A stretch of DNA of 63,468 bases, the filler included, from Pelomyxa schiedti (taxonomy: Eukaryota > Protista > Evosea), in the NCBI GenBank assembly GCA_020536535.1. It is 17 parts of 17 records of this genome, joined end to end, with 100 filler letters (N's around TTAATTAATTAA, not from the genome) between each part and the next. Parts side by side here need not be neighbours in the genome. Positions count along the whole stretch, not along the records: positions 1 to 6,439 come from JAHLWZ010001418.1; positions 6,540 to 23,764 come from JAHLWZ010000669.1; 15 more parts are not named here. One strand, given 5' to 3'. Position 1 is the first letter of the stretch. Each line of letters opens with the position of its first letter. Both the position numbers and the translations under genes were made by a program. Under the pieces are notes generated by a model. It was not told the DNA's origin. It saw only the letters and a list, made by a program, of their open reading frames with translations, and ran no database searches. This document shows, one piece after another, positions 1 to 11,613 of the stretch.

Positions 1-1029
1 AGCAGCATCAACCACCGGCGCAGCAGCAGCCGTATCGACAGCGATGGCCGCCTCTCCCCTGGGCCCCCCTGCTGGGTCCAGACCCCCCACTCCCACTTTC
101 TCCCCTGGGGTCTCGGCGGCCCCCCCGCCGCAGCTGTGGCCATCAGTGGTGGACCCGCTGGCCTCGGTGCTGGCGCCGCCACCGCCACCGTCCTGCAGCA
201 GCTGCGAGTGGCTGTGGTGATGCCCGTGGTGGTGCTCGTGCTCGTGCTCGTGCTCGTGGTCGTGGACATGGGGGAGCAGCAAGTGGCTGTGGCTGTGCCG
301 GTGCTGTTTGATGGCCGTGGGCGCAGAGCCCGTGGGATCCGCGGGGCCCTCGGTCGCCTCAGCGCCGATGGAGCCGGGTACGCTGAGGCTGCTGGCGATG
401 CTGCTGGTACTGCTGCTGTTGCTGTTGCTGCCACCGGGGGTGGTGGAGATGGGCTGCGGCGACCCGGTGGTTGCGGCGGAGCACGACGACGACGACGGGG
501 CGGCGTCGAAAGAGGCGTGGCTGTGGTGGCGGTGGAGGCCGTGCGTGTGGGTGTGCGCGTGCGTGTGGCTGCTGCTGTGGCTGCGGGTGCGCCCCACCCC
601 CACCCCGTGGTGCTCCCGCTCCTGCTCCTGCTCCTGCTCCAGCTGCAGATCGCTGCCGATGCCGATGCTGCTGGCCGCCGTCGCGCCCTGTTGTGTATCC
701 TCCTTCGCCTCTCCCTTGTGTACTGTACAGCTGTCCTCGTCTACGCCGTGCGACGCGGCGTCCCGCACCGCCGCCGTGGGCCTGGGCACTGGCGGGGTTC
801 CCTGGCCGCCGGTCTCCGTGGCGCGGTCGCGCTCTACCGTGGTGGCGTCGGTGGCGGTGCCGGTGGGGGCGATGGCGGTCGGGATGGGGTTGGTGGCGGG
901 TCCGGGTTGGTGGGGGTTGGGGGTGGCTTCGGCTTCGGGAACCACGGCGGCGTCGGCGGCGGGGGGCGTCGTGGTGGTGGTTACGGCGGCGGCTGTGTTG
1001 TGGTGGTGGTGTCGGTGCTTCCTCGGCAT
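1..1029 (-). CDS. Low-complexity His/Thr/Ser/Ala-rich protein N-terminus, truncated by the window edge
   Basis: ATG at 1029 (MPRKHRHHHHNTAAAV...) opens a stop-free minus frame to base 1 (..LQLEQEQEQEREHH..SHTHAHTHTH..). Absent from the ORF track because it has no stop; no recognisable domain. Confidence 0.4.
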   Translation of the reverse strand, partial: MPRKHRHHHHNTAAAVTTTTTPPAADAAVVPEAEATPNPHQPGPATNPIPTAIAPTGTATDATTVERDRATETGGQGTPPVPRPTAAVRDAASHGVDEDSCTVHKGEAKEDTQQGATAASSIGIGSDLQLEQEQEQEREHHGVGVGRTRSHSSSHTHAHTHTHGLHRHHSHASFDAAPSSSSCSAATTGSPQPISTTPGGSNSNSSSTSSIASSLSVPGSIGAEATEGPADPTGSAPTAIKQHRHSHSHLLLPHVHDHEHEHEHEHHHGHHHSHSQLLQDGGGGGASTEASGSTTDGHSCGGGAAETPGEKVGVGGLDPAGGPRGEAAIAVDTAAAAPVVDAA

Positions 1030-1150
1030 TCTTAGCGCGTGCGGGGGTGTGTAGGTGTGTCGTGGTGTTGAACTTCGTCAAACGCGAATTAATTGAAACA
1101 CCGGTGTTAGGCGAAAGATTTGTTTTCCATTTTTGATTTGTGGTGGGAGG

Positions 1151-3018
1151 TCAGTGGTGGTCGCTGTTTGTTGTTGATGTTGTTGGTGTTGGTGTAGGTT
1201 CAGGGGGTACCCCTGTTGCCCTGTCGTGGTCTCTTCTAGTATTATCCCTACTATCCCTGTTTCTATCTCTGTCCCTATCCCTGTCTCGGTCTCTGTCATT
1301 GTCCCTCTCTCTTCTGTTGTCACCTCGGTCTCGACCCCTGTCTCTGTCCCTATCCCGGTTCCTATCTCCCTCTCGGTCTCTGTCACTTTCCCTCTGCCTC
1401 ACCCTGTCCCTGTCCCTATCTCTATCGCGGTCCCTGTCCCTCCCACTCTCTCTTCGTTCATTGTCTCTGTATGCTCTATTTGTCTGATCATGATCTGCTT
1501 CTCGTGACAGGTTCCTTTCTGTTTCTCTCGCGCGTACGTGATCGCTGCTGGGTTGTTCACGTGAGCTACTTGCAGTGTCAGCCTTGGAAGCGGAGGTACT
1601 AGTGCTAGTTGCTCCCTCTGATTCCGGCTCCCTGAGAAAATGTAAGAAGTTGCGAAATGAAGGGAAGGAAACCTGGGTTTGGGCATGGGAACTGGCGGGG
1701 CCGGAGCTGGGATATCTTCTCCTAGAATGTGGTTTGATTTAAAGGATTTTGTTCATGAATACCTTTTCCTTTGCTCTTGTCTTTTTTCTTTCTCTTGGTA
1801 GTTTCACTTGCACTGCTGGAGGAAGTTGAAGAGCTGCTTGAAGAGGACGAGCTTGGTTTATGTTTCTTCCCTTTATTTGGTTTAGTAGTAGTTGCACTCA
1901 GCTCTTCAGTTGCCCCAGAGGTTCCAGGTTGGTTGTTTGCAGCTTCTGAACTGATTGGAACCGCTACTTTCTTTTCCTTCCTTGACCGTTTTGCAGCAGG
2001 CGCTTTCCCTCTTTTGCCAAGTTAAGTAGAGCAAAACAAGAAAAATTGTACTTGGAGCTACTGCTACTTTCACTGCTAGATGAACTCGAAGAACCACTCG
2101 AGGAGCTGCTTGATGAACTGCTGGAGGAACTGGACCTTTCCGGCTTGTCTTTTCTGGGGAGACAGAATAAGCAAAATAAGAAATGCAAGAATAGACAGTA
2201 CGCTCTCTGTCTCTTTATTTGGCGCCTTATTTTACGCCTCTGTCGAGCAAGTTCTTCCTCAACTTCCTTACCGACTCTAATAATATTCAGAATGGACAAC
2301 ACATACTAACATACTTAACATCGAAGTGTGGAAGTTCGTAAGGAACCAACGCACAATGTAGGTTCTGGAGGAGGCTCGAGTAACTGGAGAGGCAATACAG
2401 GCTTTCCATCCATTCTAAGAAGGGTAGCCGAACGACTTGGTCGAGACAAGTACACCTGTGAATTTTAAGGAATTAAATCTTGTTGGATCGAGTTCAAAAG
2501 GAACCTGTTGCCGCTTGCACTCATAAGTCCAGTGCCCAATTTCCAGACACTTTTGGCACTGCATGGTACCGGAGCTACTTTCGTCCCTAAAAAAAAACAA
2601 AAATAGGGTGAATATATGGAGGAATTATTACGCAACATTTAGAGCTGTGGCCAAAATAGAAAACATACTTTCTTGGAGCGATGACGGCCCCCCTCTCCGT
2701 GCTTTGCATGTACATCTGCCGTTTTGCTTCCTTTCTCTGTGCCCATTTGCTAACAGATTCTTCTTGCTGCAAATACGCGAACACAAAATAAGTCAATAGT
2801 GGAAGCAGCAAACAACATACCAATCCAAAGTATCCACCAACCGGCGGCGCACTAGAGAATCCCTGGAATAGGAAAAAAAAAAAGGGAAGGAAAAAAAGTG
2901 GGTGCCAAAAGAACAACCCACAATAACAATAACGATAACGATAACGATACGACGGTGATATTCGTACCACGGAGTCATTGTCGTAACGTCCCGCGTCATC
3001 GTTACCCGGCCCGCTCAT
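1151..3018 (-). CDS. ZCCHC10: ZCCHC10-like zinc-knuckle protein with Ser-rich and long RD/RE-rich tail (multi-exon)
   Basis: Spliced translation QEESVSKWAQRKEAKRQMYMQSTERGAVIAPRK|DESSSGTMQCQKCLEIGHWTYECKRQQ|VYLSRPSRSATLL, then poly-Ser blocks and RDRDRDR repeats to a stop at 1151. Matches the ZCCHC10 knuckle CQKCLExGHWTYEC plus YxxRPSR. Start position is approximate. Confidence 0.8.
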
Positions 3019-3218
3019 CTCCCTCCTCTCGTGTGAAAGTTTGAGAAGATCAGAGGGGTCACTTGGATCCCTTTCCCAGCGCCCATGCCTGTATTGACAC
3101 ACAGTCCACAGCACTTGGAATAACAGAAGCAGCACCTCCCTCAGGTGAGGGTTGAGTTGCCTCATTGAAGGGGGGTAATCATTTTTCAAGGAAACAATCG
3201 GGGTGCGGCACGAAAGGC

Positions 3219-3558
3219 GAACGGAATGGGGTGAATTAATTCGTTCATAATCGGCAGGGGATGCGTGCCAAACGAAATAAACAAATCACAACAAGCATAC
3301 ACTTCAAGCAGAAAAACCAAAGCGGCAAGTTGCAACCTNNNNNNNNNNNNNNNNNNNNNNNNNNNNNNNNNNNNNNNNNNNNNNNNNNNNNNNNNNNNNN
3401 NNNNNNNNNNNNNNNNNNNNNNNNNNNNNNNNNNNNNNCGAACGGAATGGGGTGAATTAATTCGTTCATAATCGGCAGGGGATGCGTGCCAAACGAAATA
3501 AACAAATCACAACAAGCATACACTTCAAGCAGAAAAACCAAAGCGGCAAGTTGCAACC
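3219..3558. other. Scaffold gap with about 120-bp overlap duplicated on both sides (assembly artefact), first of six
   Basis: The sequence just before each 100-N gap is repeated exactly just after it, at gaps 3339, 18642, 22725, 31366, 40534 and 46789. Confidence 0.9.
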
Positions 3559-3563
3559 TAAAA

Positions 3564-4568
<1,005 letters not shown>

Positions 4569-4929
4569 ATTCCGTTACCTTACCCTTCGATTTATTATCC
4601 CGTTGTACAGCCATGTATAAGTACCTGTATTTAACACCTGTGATTCCCAACCAGGGAATTAAAAAAAAAAAAACCAAATTTCATTTACCATAAATGATTA
4701 ATGACAATTCGAGCGGTGTGGGAGTTTCTTCGTCGTGCTGCACCACGCTGGAAGTAGCCCCTCCCACAATTTCGTGCCCGCCGTTGCAGCTCCACAGGGT
4801 ATCGAAACAAAAACGCTTCGCCACACACGCCGTGCACATTTTCGAGTAGTGTAACCTTAATTGTTACATTACACAATAGTATCTATCTGTAATGTGTGGA
4901 CTCTAACGCACCACACACACATACTCACA

Positions 4930-6439
4930 GGCAGGATGTGGGTTCATATACGTTGATGACGAAGTGGGAAAGTGTGATAAGCGGTGGACTTGTTGTTTGT
5001 GTCAAGCACCAGCACACGTGCCCGTGATCCACGAGAGCTGTGGGTCGTGGTTGTGCTTCACTTGCGCACGATGTGTATTTTTACTATTCACTAGTTTATG
5101 TGGTGTGACATATTATTTAGTATTTAAGTCTTGTGGAGTGCGCATGTGCCATGTACGTGGGGGGTCCTGACATATTTCATTACCCTTTTTCATTATCAAC
5201 AGACTGTGACATGCCCAGTGTGTGAGGAGAGGATTGAAGGAAAAGTTAAACCTGTGACCGCGAAGCCAGTTCTGATGAAGCTCGGAGCGATTCAGGTTCG
5301 GTGTCCAACATGCAACGAAGCCATTGACAGGGACTCCTTGGATTCTCACATTTTACAATGCCCAGAAGGTTTGAGGTTTTAAATATCCCACCAACGAACT
5401 AATGCGCACAAAAAGATTGCCCCAATGGGTGCAGGGAGAAAGTACAACCAAGTCAACTGGAGGAACACACATCATCTAGCTGCATAAACGCTCTTGTCAA
5501 ATGCACTGCCCACTTTTGCACATGGTCGGGCCTAAGAGCTGAACTGGAGGAGCATTCTAAGTCTTGCGTTCTCGTTAAACTGAACCCTATGTTTCACTCT
5601 CTGTTGGAGACAATTTCAACACATGAAGGTTTAAAACTGATATTTTCCATCGGCACGAAAACCCTAACATTGAAACAGCACAACTGAAGGAGGCAACCGC
5701 AAGTTGTTCCTCCCTTAAAGAGCAACTGGCACTCACAAACTCAAAGTGCTTGTCACTGCAAGAGCAAGTGAACACTCTAAAAAGTATGTGTCATACAGAG
5801 GAAAACACTTACATTTCATTGAGGTGAGCTGTCTATCATGAAGAATCCAAGTTCTGTACCACCCTCACAGCTCACTGAAAATCCAGGTTTCTATCTCGTT
5901 CATATTTCCTTCCTTACCGAGCCTTCGTACTACATCTCAGGACCGTTAATTAGCAGTTGCCTTCGTGCTGCCGAGATAGATATATCCCGCAGCCGGGGGG
6001 TCAGGATTGAGAGTGGAGGCGGCATCGGCATCACCATTGGAGCCGCTGGCAAATGCGATCCAGCCCGCCATGCACTGTCAAACACATCAGTGTCCGGTGG
6101 CGTGCACTACTGGGAAGTCACAACCCTCACCGACCAAGACTGCTACGCGGCAGTCGGCGTTGTGGATGGAACACTCCCACGCGGAAGCAGAATCGGGACC
6201 ACCCCAAACAGCTGGGCCATACGCCTGGCCCGCATCCCTGGGAATCAGAACTTCACTGGGGCGTGGCACGCCGACACATACACGGACTTTGATGATGACT
6301 GGCCAGAGGGCTGTGTGATTGGCATGCTTCTTGATGCTGATGCAGGGACACTGACAGTTTACAAGGATGGGGTGTTGGTGGGTGTTCCATTCACCAACGT
6401 GAGGGGTTCACAGCTCACTCCTGCTTTTGCTGTGTGTCA
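4930..6439 (+). CDS. RING finger + TRAF-type Zn finger + coiled coil + SPRY/B30.2 protein (putative E3 ligase), 3' truncated
   Basis: Exons give FIYVDDEV..WTCCLCQAPAHVPVIHESCGSWLCFTCA..TCPVC (RING), VRCPTCNEAIDRDSLDSHILQCP and CTWSGLRAELEEHSKSC (TRAF-Zn), and GVHYWEV..VGVV..SWAI..GCVIGMLLDADAGTLTVYKDG (SPRY). Start unresolved; ends at a linker. Confidence 0.8.
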
Positions 6440-6539
6440 NNNNNNNNNNNNNNNNNNNNNNNNNNNNNNNNNNNNNNNNNNNNTTAATTAATTAANNNNN
6501 NNNNNNNNNNNNNNNNNNNNNNNNNNNNNNNNNNNNNNN
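6440..6539. other. Artificial contig-joining linker (N44-TTAATTAATTAA-N44), first of 16
   Basis: Identical 100-nt linkers also start at about 23765, 27828, 29305, 30517, 32619, 34885, 37062, 39069, 41921, 43174, 44690, 52880, 54925, 56182 and 59012. The core has stops in all six frames. Confidence 0.97.
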
Positions 6540-7099
6540 AGGAGATATTGTGCCAGCTCCTCCCAGTTTGCAAAGCATCAGTCAGGCTCCTCTCAAAACA
6601 AACCTACAAGCTATCAACCACCCCTTCTGGATCCCTCCCATACCTGCATAATAATAATTAAGAAGGGCAAGTCAGTTAATCTCCCAACTCTTTCTCAGCC
6701 TCTCCCAGCTCTTATTCCCCTTCTGGCTCCAATTCTTTGCCTTCCGGCTCTAATTCTTTATCTTATATGCTCGTGGGTGGTTTGCAGTTTGTTGTCCTGC
6801 GAGTCGTGGGTGGTTTGCAACTTGTTGACTTTACTGTAAATGCGAGTCGTGGGTGGTTTGCAGTTTGTTGTCCTGCGAGTCGTGGGTGGTTGTTGATATG
6901 TTATACTGTGATTTTAATATGTTTTATTCTCCACACAAAAGTGGCTCACATTGTTTGCACACTTTTGTGTGGTTTCCTCTTTCTCTTTTTTTTCCTTTTT
7001 GTAGACTTCCATTTGAACTACCATATGAATACTGAGGAAGATGTTGAAGCAACAATAGATGTGTGAGAAGAACTGGACTGACACTTGACTGCATGGGTG

Positions 7100-7645
7100 C
7101 TGATTATGCTGATACTGGGGCAATGTGTAAGCTTGATGCACAGTAAAGAATTGAAGTGAACTCAGTATGCATTTATAAATGGTTTCCACTTGCTGTTGCT
7201 GGCCCAGTGTGTGGGCAGGTGGTGGGTGGACGAAGTTCCCCTCCCTGTACACCACGCAAGGGGTGTGCCACTGCAACATCACCACAAACTTGTCATTGCC
7301 CACACTGGCTATGATGCACAACGGCACCTGGACGTGGCCCTGCTGCACAGTCTCACCCATGAAGTGGCACTACACGACACTGGCTGCACAACTCACGCCG
7401 ACGAAAACGTGGACCGCCACGGCCCTGCTTCCCTCTTCAGAGAGAATGGGGAGTGTGAGTGTGGTCCCGATCCAGTGGCAGCACCCGGCGACCCAGTCTC
7501 GGCCCGAGTTTGGCCAAACAAGGGACTGCCCGCCAGTGTTTTCGCGGGACTGCGCACTCCGCACCGGCCAATCGACGCGCGCGCAAACGCAAGAACTGCG
7601 ATCGTGCATCGAACACTGCCCGAGTCGTTGTTGAGGTTGTCAGCA
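7100..7645 (-). pseudogene. Decayed member of the expanded 'DARxQFVAF..SI.RCG..SPA' family
   Basis: RAVFDARSQF-(frameshift)-AFARASIGRCGVRSPAKTL-(frameshift)-GRDWVAGCCHWIG..VHVFVGVSCAASVV*CH. The TAG at 7370-7372 replaces the Trp of VAWC in the intact paralogue at 10009-11256. Confidence 0.65.
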
Positions 7646-7708
7646 AAGAAGGGGAATTATCTCCCGTCAATGCTCATGTTTTGATTTTTGTTGAAAAAAA
7701 ATGTAATC

Positions 7709-9937
7709 TTACCCTTCCTCCAGGCCAAGCCACATTCTGAGCTCGGTTGTGAGCCGGGTACTGTCTTCTGGGATTTCATAAATATCAAAGTCTCCTTCGC
7801 ATCCATCGAACTGGTGCCGAATCTCCTCAATCGTGATGCCGAATTTGTGCATTGTGAACGTAGCAATTGATGGAGAATTTACAGCAACCAGCATCAAGTG
7901 CCTGCGAATCACATCAGCGTCAATCCTGGGGAATTTGCACAGGATCATCTTCCAAGTCTGAAGGTCTATTACAAAGTTTCCCCGAGAAGTGCATAAACCG
8001 TGCTCTAACATATCAAGTACCTAGATGTCAAAGTTTCTAATGCATTTTGGTGTGGTGATACTCACCTCATCAAGAGTGATTTCAAAGGAATCAATGAGCC
8101 ATTCTACGCAACTCGGTTTCTTTTTCAGGATAAGGTTGAAGAGAAGCCTGTTGTGATTCTGTTTGATGTGCGTCCCTTCCAGGTGGAACTGTGTGATTGC
8201 CCACTTCACGCCTTTGCTTGACAAGGGCCGAAATGATGAATGGGTCATGCACTTTGTGACCATCTCCTTGGTGAATAACGAGCAGTCAAACAAGGCGACC
8301 AGCCTTTGCAGATTGAAACGACCTTGCAGAAATGTGGACAAAAATGACTCCAGCAGTGGTGTGTCTCCTTCTTGCTGTTTGTATTTGGGGAACACCTCCA
8401 TAAGGTGCAGTACAAAGTTGAAACGGGCGTACTTCAGTCCCGCTGAAATTGCCTTGTGAACTGAAGGTGCAGATATTTGCTCGGGATGTGGGATGCGCTG
8501 AAGGAACCAGAGAAGTCCATCCACGTTGTTCGTGTAATTTCCTCTCTCCTGGGACATTTGAACAAGCATGGCACCAGTAGCCTCAGCACTCGAAGTCAGA
8601 GGCCCCATGACACTAAAAGTGCTCTCCAACCAGTCTGCAATTGCAGTGTTGTTCCAGGAAAGTGCACGTTCAAGGGAGACCTGAATGACAGCGGGATCCA
8701 GTTTCACCTTTGTTGAGAGCCACTGTGGAAGAGCGCATCCACCTTGGCTTGTGGAGCACACAGAAACAAAAGTTGCAGCTGTTGGGGTGAAGTTCCGTTC
8801 ATTGATGAGCCACTCCACGAAGCTCGTGTCCTGAATGCAACTGCACATTCTGTTCAGAGTTCCTTCACTTGGCTCAATGGGAAAAGTGGAAAGTGCCCAC
8901 TTCCCAATAGTTGCACTTCTGATTCCCGCCAAGGTAAAGTCGCGAATTTCCTCTTCTGGGAAATGGCTTCTCAGCCATTGGCACTGTTCCAAAGTGCTGC
9001 GTTGATTCCTCATCACAGTTGACAACAGGTTACCACCTGTAGAAAGGGTCGGGAAGGTCTCAACAAACCACTTCACATTTTCTGGTGAAAAACCAGAAGC
9101 ACACCTTATAATCAACTGAGTTTGACACATAGATGGCAACTTTTCCATCAAATTAAACTCGCTCACCAACCACTTCACAACATCCGTCCCGCCATACAAG
9201 AGAGTGAATTTCAGGGCCGTCATAAAGACCCACGAGTCGTCAGCCCCAACACGCAATGCCTCCACAAGCCACTTCACAGACTCGATGTTCTTCATCCGCG
9301 CACGCCCAATCGCGCCATCCCCTGACTTCACATACTCCATGACATCATTCCTCAGTTCACTCACATCAGTCTCCGAACTTCTTCTGGCCGTATTTGGGGC
9401 TGCGTCCGTTCCGGCCAAATCCCGGCACCACTCGGGCACCCTGTATCCGTCCCACAATGACCAAGGGAAGGTGCCCCCCCCGCCCAAGTTATCTCCCTCG
9501 CAGCCTGCGCCACCGCCGAACAAGGAGCGAGCGGCGGCCACGTTGCCCGAGTCGCACAGCCCGCACAGCACCCACCCCGCCTCCTTGACCGTGATGGCGC
9601 GGGGCCTGCGGGCGCCGCGGTGCGACTCCCGCGTGTGGCGCGCGATGATCCACGACACGCACGACCCGCTGCCGGCCCGGGCCGCGGTCCCCAGGGGGCC
9701 ATAGTGCGAGCGGCCCCGGTCGCGGGCGCGGCGCAGGGAGCGGGAGCAGGCGAGAGCCACGAGCGGGAACATCGCCGCGGCCGCCCGGAACACGTTCACG
9801 CCCGTCGCGGCACCCTCCTGCGGGAGCGCCGGCGACGGGGTTTCGAGCCATCCCGGGGCCACCACGTTGTCCCACACAACCCTCGAAGTGTACAAAATGT
9901 GCCCGATGATGTCCGCCCGTACGTCGTCAGTTGTCAT
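7709..9937 (-). CDS. Lineage-expanded protein with 'SRVVWD..MFPLVALAC' N-terminus and ankyrin-like helical repeats (family A)
   Basis: 638-codon exon plus a 45-nt intron (gtgagt..catctag) joining in frame to VLDMLEHG..MWLGLEEG*. Repeated 'VKWLVE.F' helical units. Confidence 0.8.
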
Positions 9938-10008
9938 GGCAGTGGTACTACACTGTAGTTTGCTCGTGCAAAGAAGAAACTCTTTGAAGAAAAAATGAAT
10001 TCCCCTTC

Positions 10009-11256
10009 TTATGGTCGTGTCAGAAACACGGTAACAACTGCCAGAATCTGCCCTGTAAAGGAATCACAAATGGAAGCTGTGAGCTGGGGGCGAGGATCAG
10101 GAGCTATTGCTGCTGATTCTGTTGAGGTCGGCTCTCGAACAGGATAGATTAATTTGCACGTTGCATATACTCCTCCCTTGGATACAGAAGACCACTCATA
10201 ACGGAATGAAGGATTACACAAATCCGAAGCTGCATACACCTCACAGATTGACGACGAGCTTGAGTGCATATCCCCTAAGCAGATACTGAAGTGTGTAGGA
10301 GGAAGTGGCAAAAGATTTCGGAAATTCCCTGTAGGGAATGACCGCTGTTGTCCGATGTCGGTGTTGTAAGCTGTGTAGAGGTTACCCACCAAACCAGCAC
10401 TGTGAAGAGTGATAATTGCGCCTTCAGAAGACCAGACCAAATCAAAGGGGTTGGCGTACGGGAGCAAAATGCGTTCCTTAACCTCGACTGTCACCCCGGC
10501 TTCGATGCTCTTCTCCAGGCCAACAAAGCACACCGCCGCGGGCAGGTGATGGCTCCCAACAACCTCCTGTTCATCCTCAGAGTAGAAGTTGCCAGCCACA
10601 ACAAGCTCGTCGCCGCGAGGGTCGAAATGGGAGAAGCCCGCGCCGACGCCGCTCAGCGGCAACGTGAACTTCACGCCCACGCCCTGCGACGCGGGCTCGC
10701 CGTCGCTCATCCCCCACACAATCAGCCCCTTGTTTGCCCCATGCGCCTCGACCTTCACCAGCCACTTGCAGTTGCCGACCCACACCCCGAACGGGTCCGA
10801 CTCGGCTGCCCCGCGCAGTGGCGCCACCGCGTTGCCCTTGCTGTCGATGACAACGGAGCACCCAACAAGCGCGGAGGGCTTCGCCAGGAACCTGTCATTC
10901 CCAAGGTTCCGGTCGATGGAAGACGCCCTGCAACGCAGCAGCAGAGAGTCCTCGTCGACGCAGGCGCACCAGGCCACGCCGAGCGTCGCGCTCAGGCCCA
11001 CGAACACATGCACGTTCACTGTGGACTGGCGCCACTCCGCGTATTCGTCGGCGTCCAGAAGGAACAGGACGGTGCCCCCAATCTGCCTGCAGCAGCCGAC
11101 GACCCAGTCGCGGCCAAACGACTCGCACAGGACGCGATTATGGGCCAGCGACCTCGCGGGGCTCTCTGCTCCGCACCTCTCGATCGACGCGGACGCGAAC
11201 CCGACAAACTGCGCTCGCGCGTCGATCGCCGCCCGAATCGTCGCTGTTGATGGCAT
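10009..11256 (-). CDS. Lineage-expanded hypothetical protein (family B, 'DARAQFVGFASASIERCGAESPA' leader)
   Basis: Intronless 415-aa ORF with ATG start; clear paralogue of 59572-60882 (GRDWV, VHVFxGLSATLGV, WVGNxxWLV, GAGFSxF). Confidence 0.8.
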   Translation of the reverse strand: MPSTATIRAAIDARAQFVGFASASIERCGAESPARSLAHNRVLCESFGRDWVVGCCRQIGGTVLFLLDADEYAEWRQSTVNVHVFVGLSATLGVAWCACVDEDSLLLRCRASSIDRNLGNDRFLAKPSALVGCSVVIDSKGNAVAPLRGAAESDPFGVWVGNCKWLVKVEAHGANKGLIVWGMSDGEPASQGVGVKFTLPLSGVGAGFSHFDPRGDELVVAGNFYSEDEQEVVGSHHLPAAVCFVGLEKSIEAGVTVEVKERILLPYANPFDLVWSSEGAIITLHSAGLVGNLYTAYNTDIGQQRSFPTGNFRNLLPLPPTHFSICLGDMHSSSSSICEVYAASDLCNPSFRYEWSSVSKGGVYATCKLIYPVREPTSTESAAIAPDPRPQLTASICDSFTGQILAVVTVFLTRP

Positions 11257-11613
11257 TGTTACTTTTCTGGGGATTCAACTGGTTTCGACTGGTTCAATCA
11301 GAGTGCTTGTATTCTAATACTCAACTGGTTCAGTTTGGTGTGACAACACCTGGGACATCAACTGGCTGAATAAAAAAAACACCAGACCGCCGATCCTGAG
11401 CGACGATAACGAAAAGTTACAGCGTTCCGGTCTGTTGATTATTTTATTCATGGATTGGATCTTGGCGACGGTACGGTCATTACCGTTACGAGAAGGAATC
11501 TCTGTGAAGAGATTTCTCACCGATTCCCTGGTTCTCCTAATTTTCTTAACATACGAAATCATCCAAAGAGGAACCAACGTAAAACTCAAAAAAAAAAGTT
11601 TAAGAAACAACCA

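Noticed and set aside
136-1136. Plus-strand ORFs of 299, 248 and 221 aa
   Set aside because: Shadow frames of a GC-rich low-complexity minus-strand ORF; no domain content.
6484-6495. Recurrent TTAATTAATTAA as a biological motif or TTAA (piggyBac) target
   Set aside because: Always centred in exactly 44+44 Ns; it is a synthetic six-frame-stop contig linker.
6770-6895. CRISPR-like array (CGTGGGTGGTT repeated four times)
   Set aside because: The spacers are short and partly identical, the context is eukaryotic and there are no cas genes; it is a small tandem duplication.
9204-11317. Several long plus-strand ORFs opposite the family A and B genes
   Set aside because: Antisense shadows of GC-rich coding sequence; the same occurs at 17131-17787, 18976-19707, 59677-60437 and 62070-63011.
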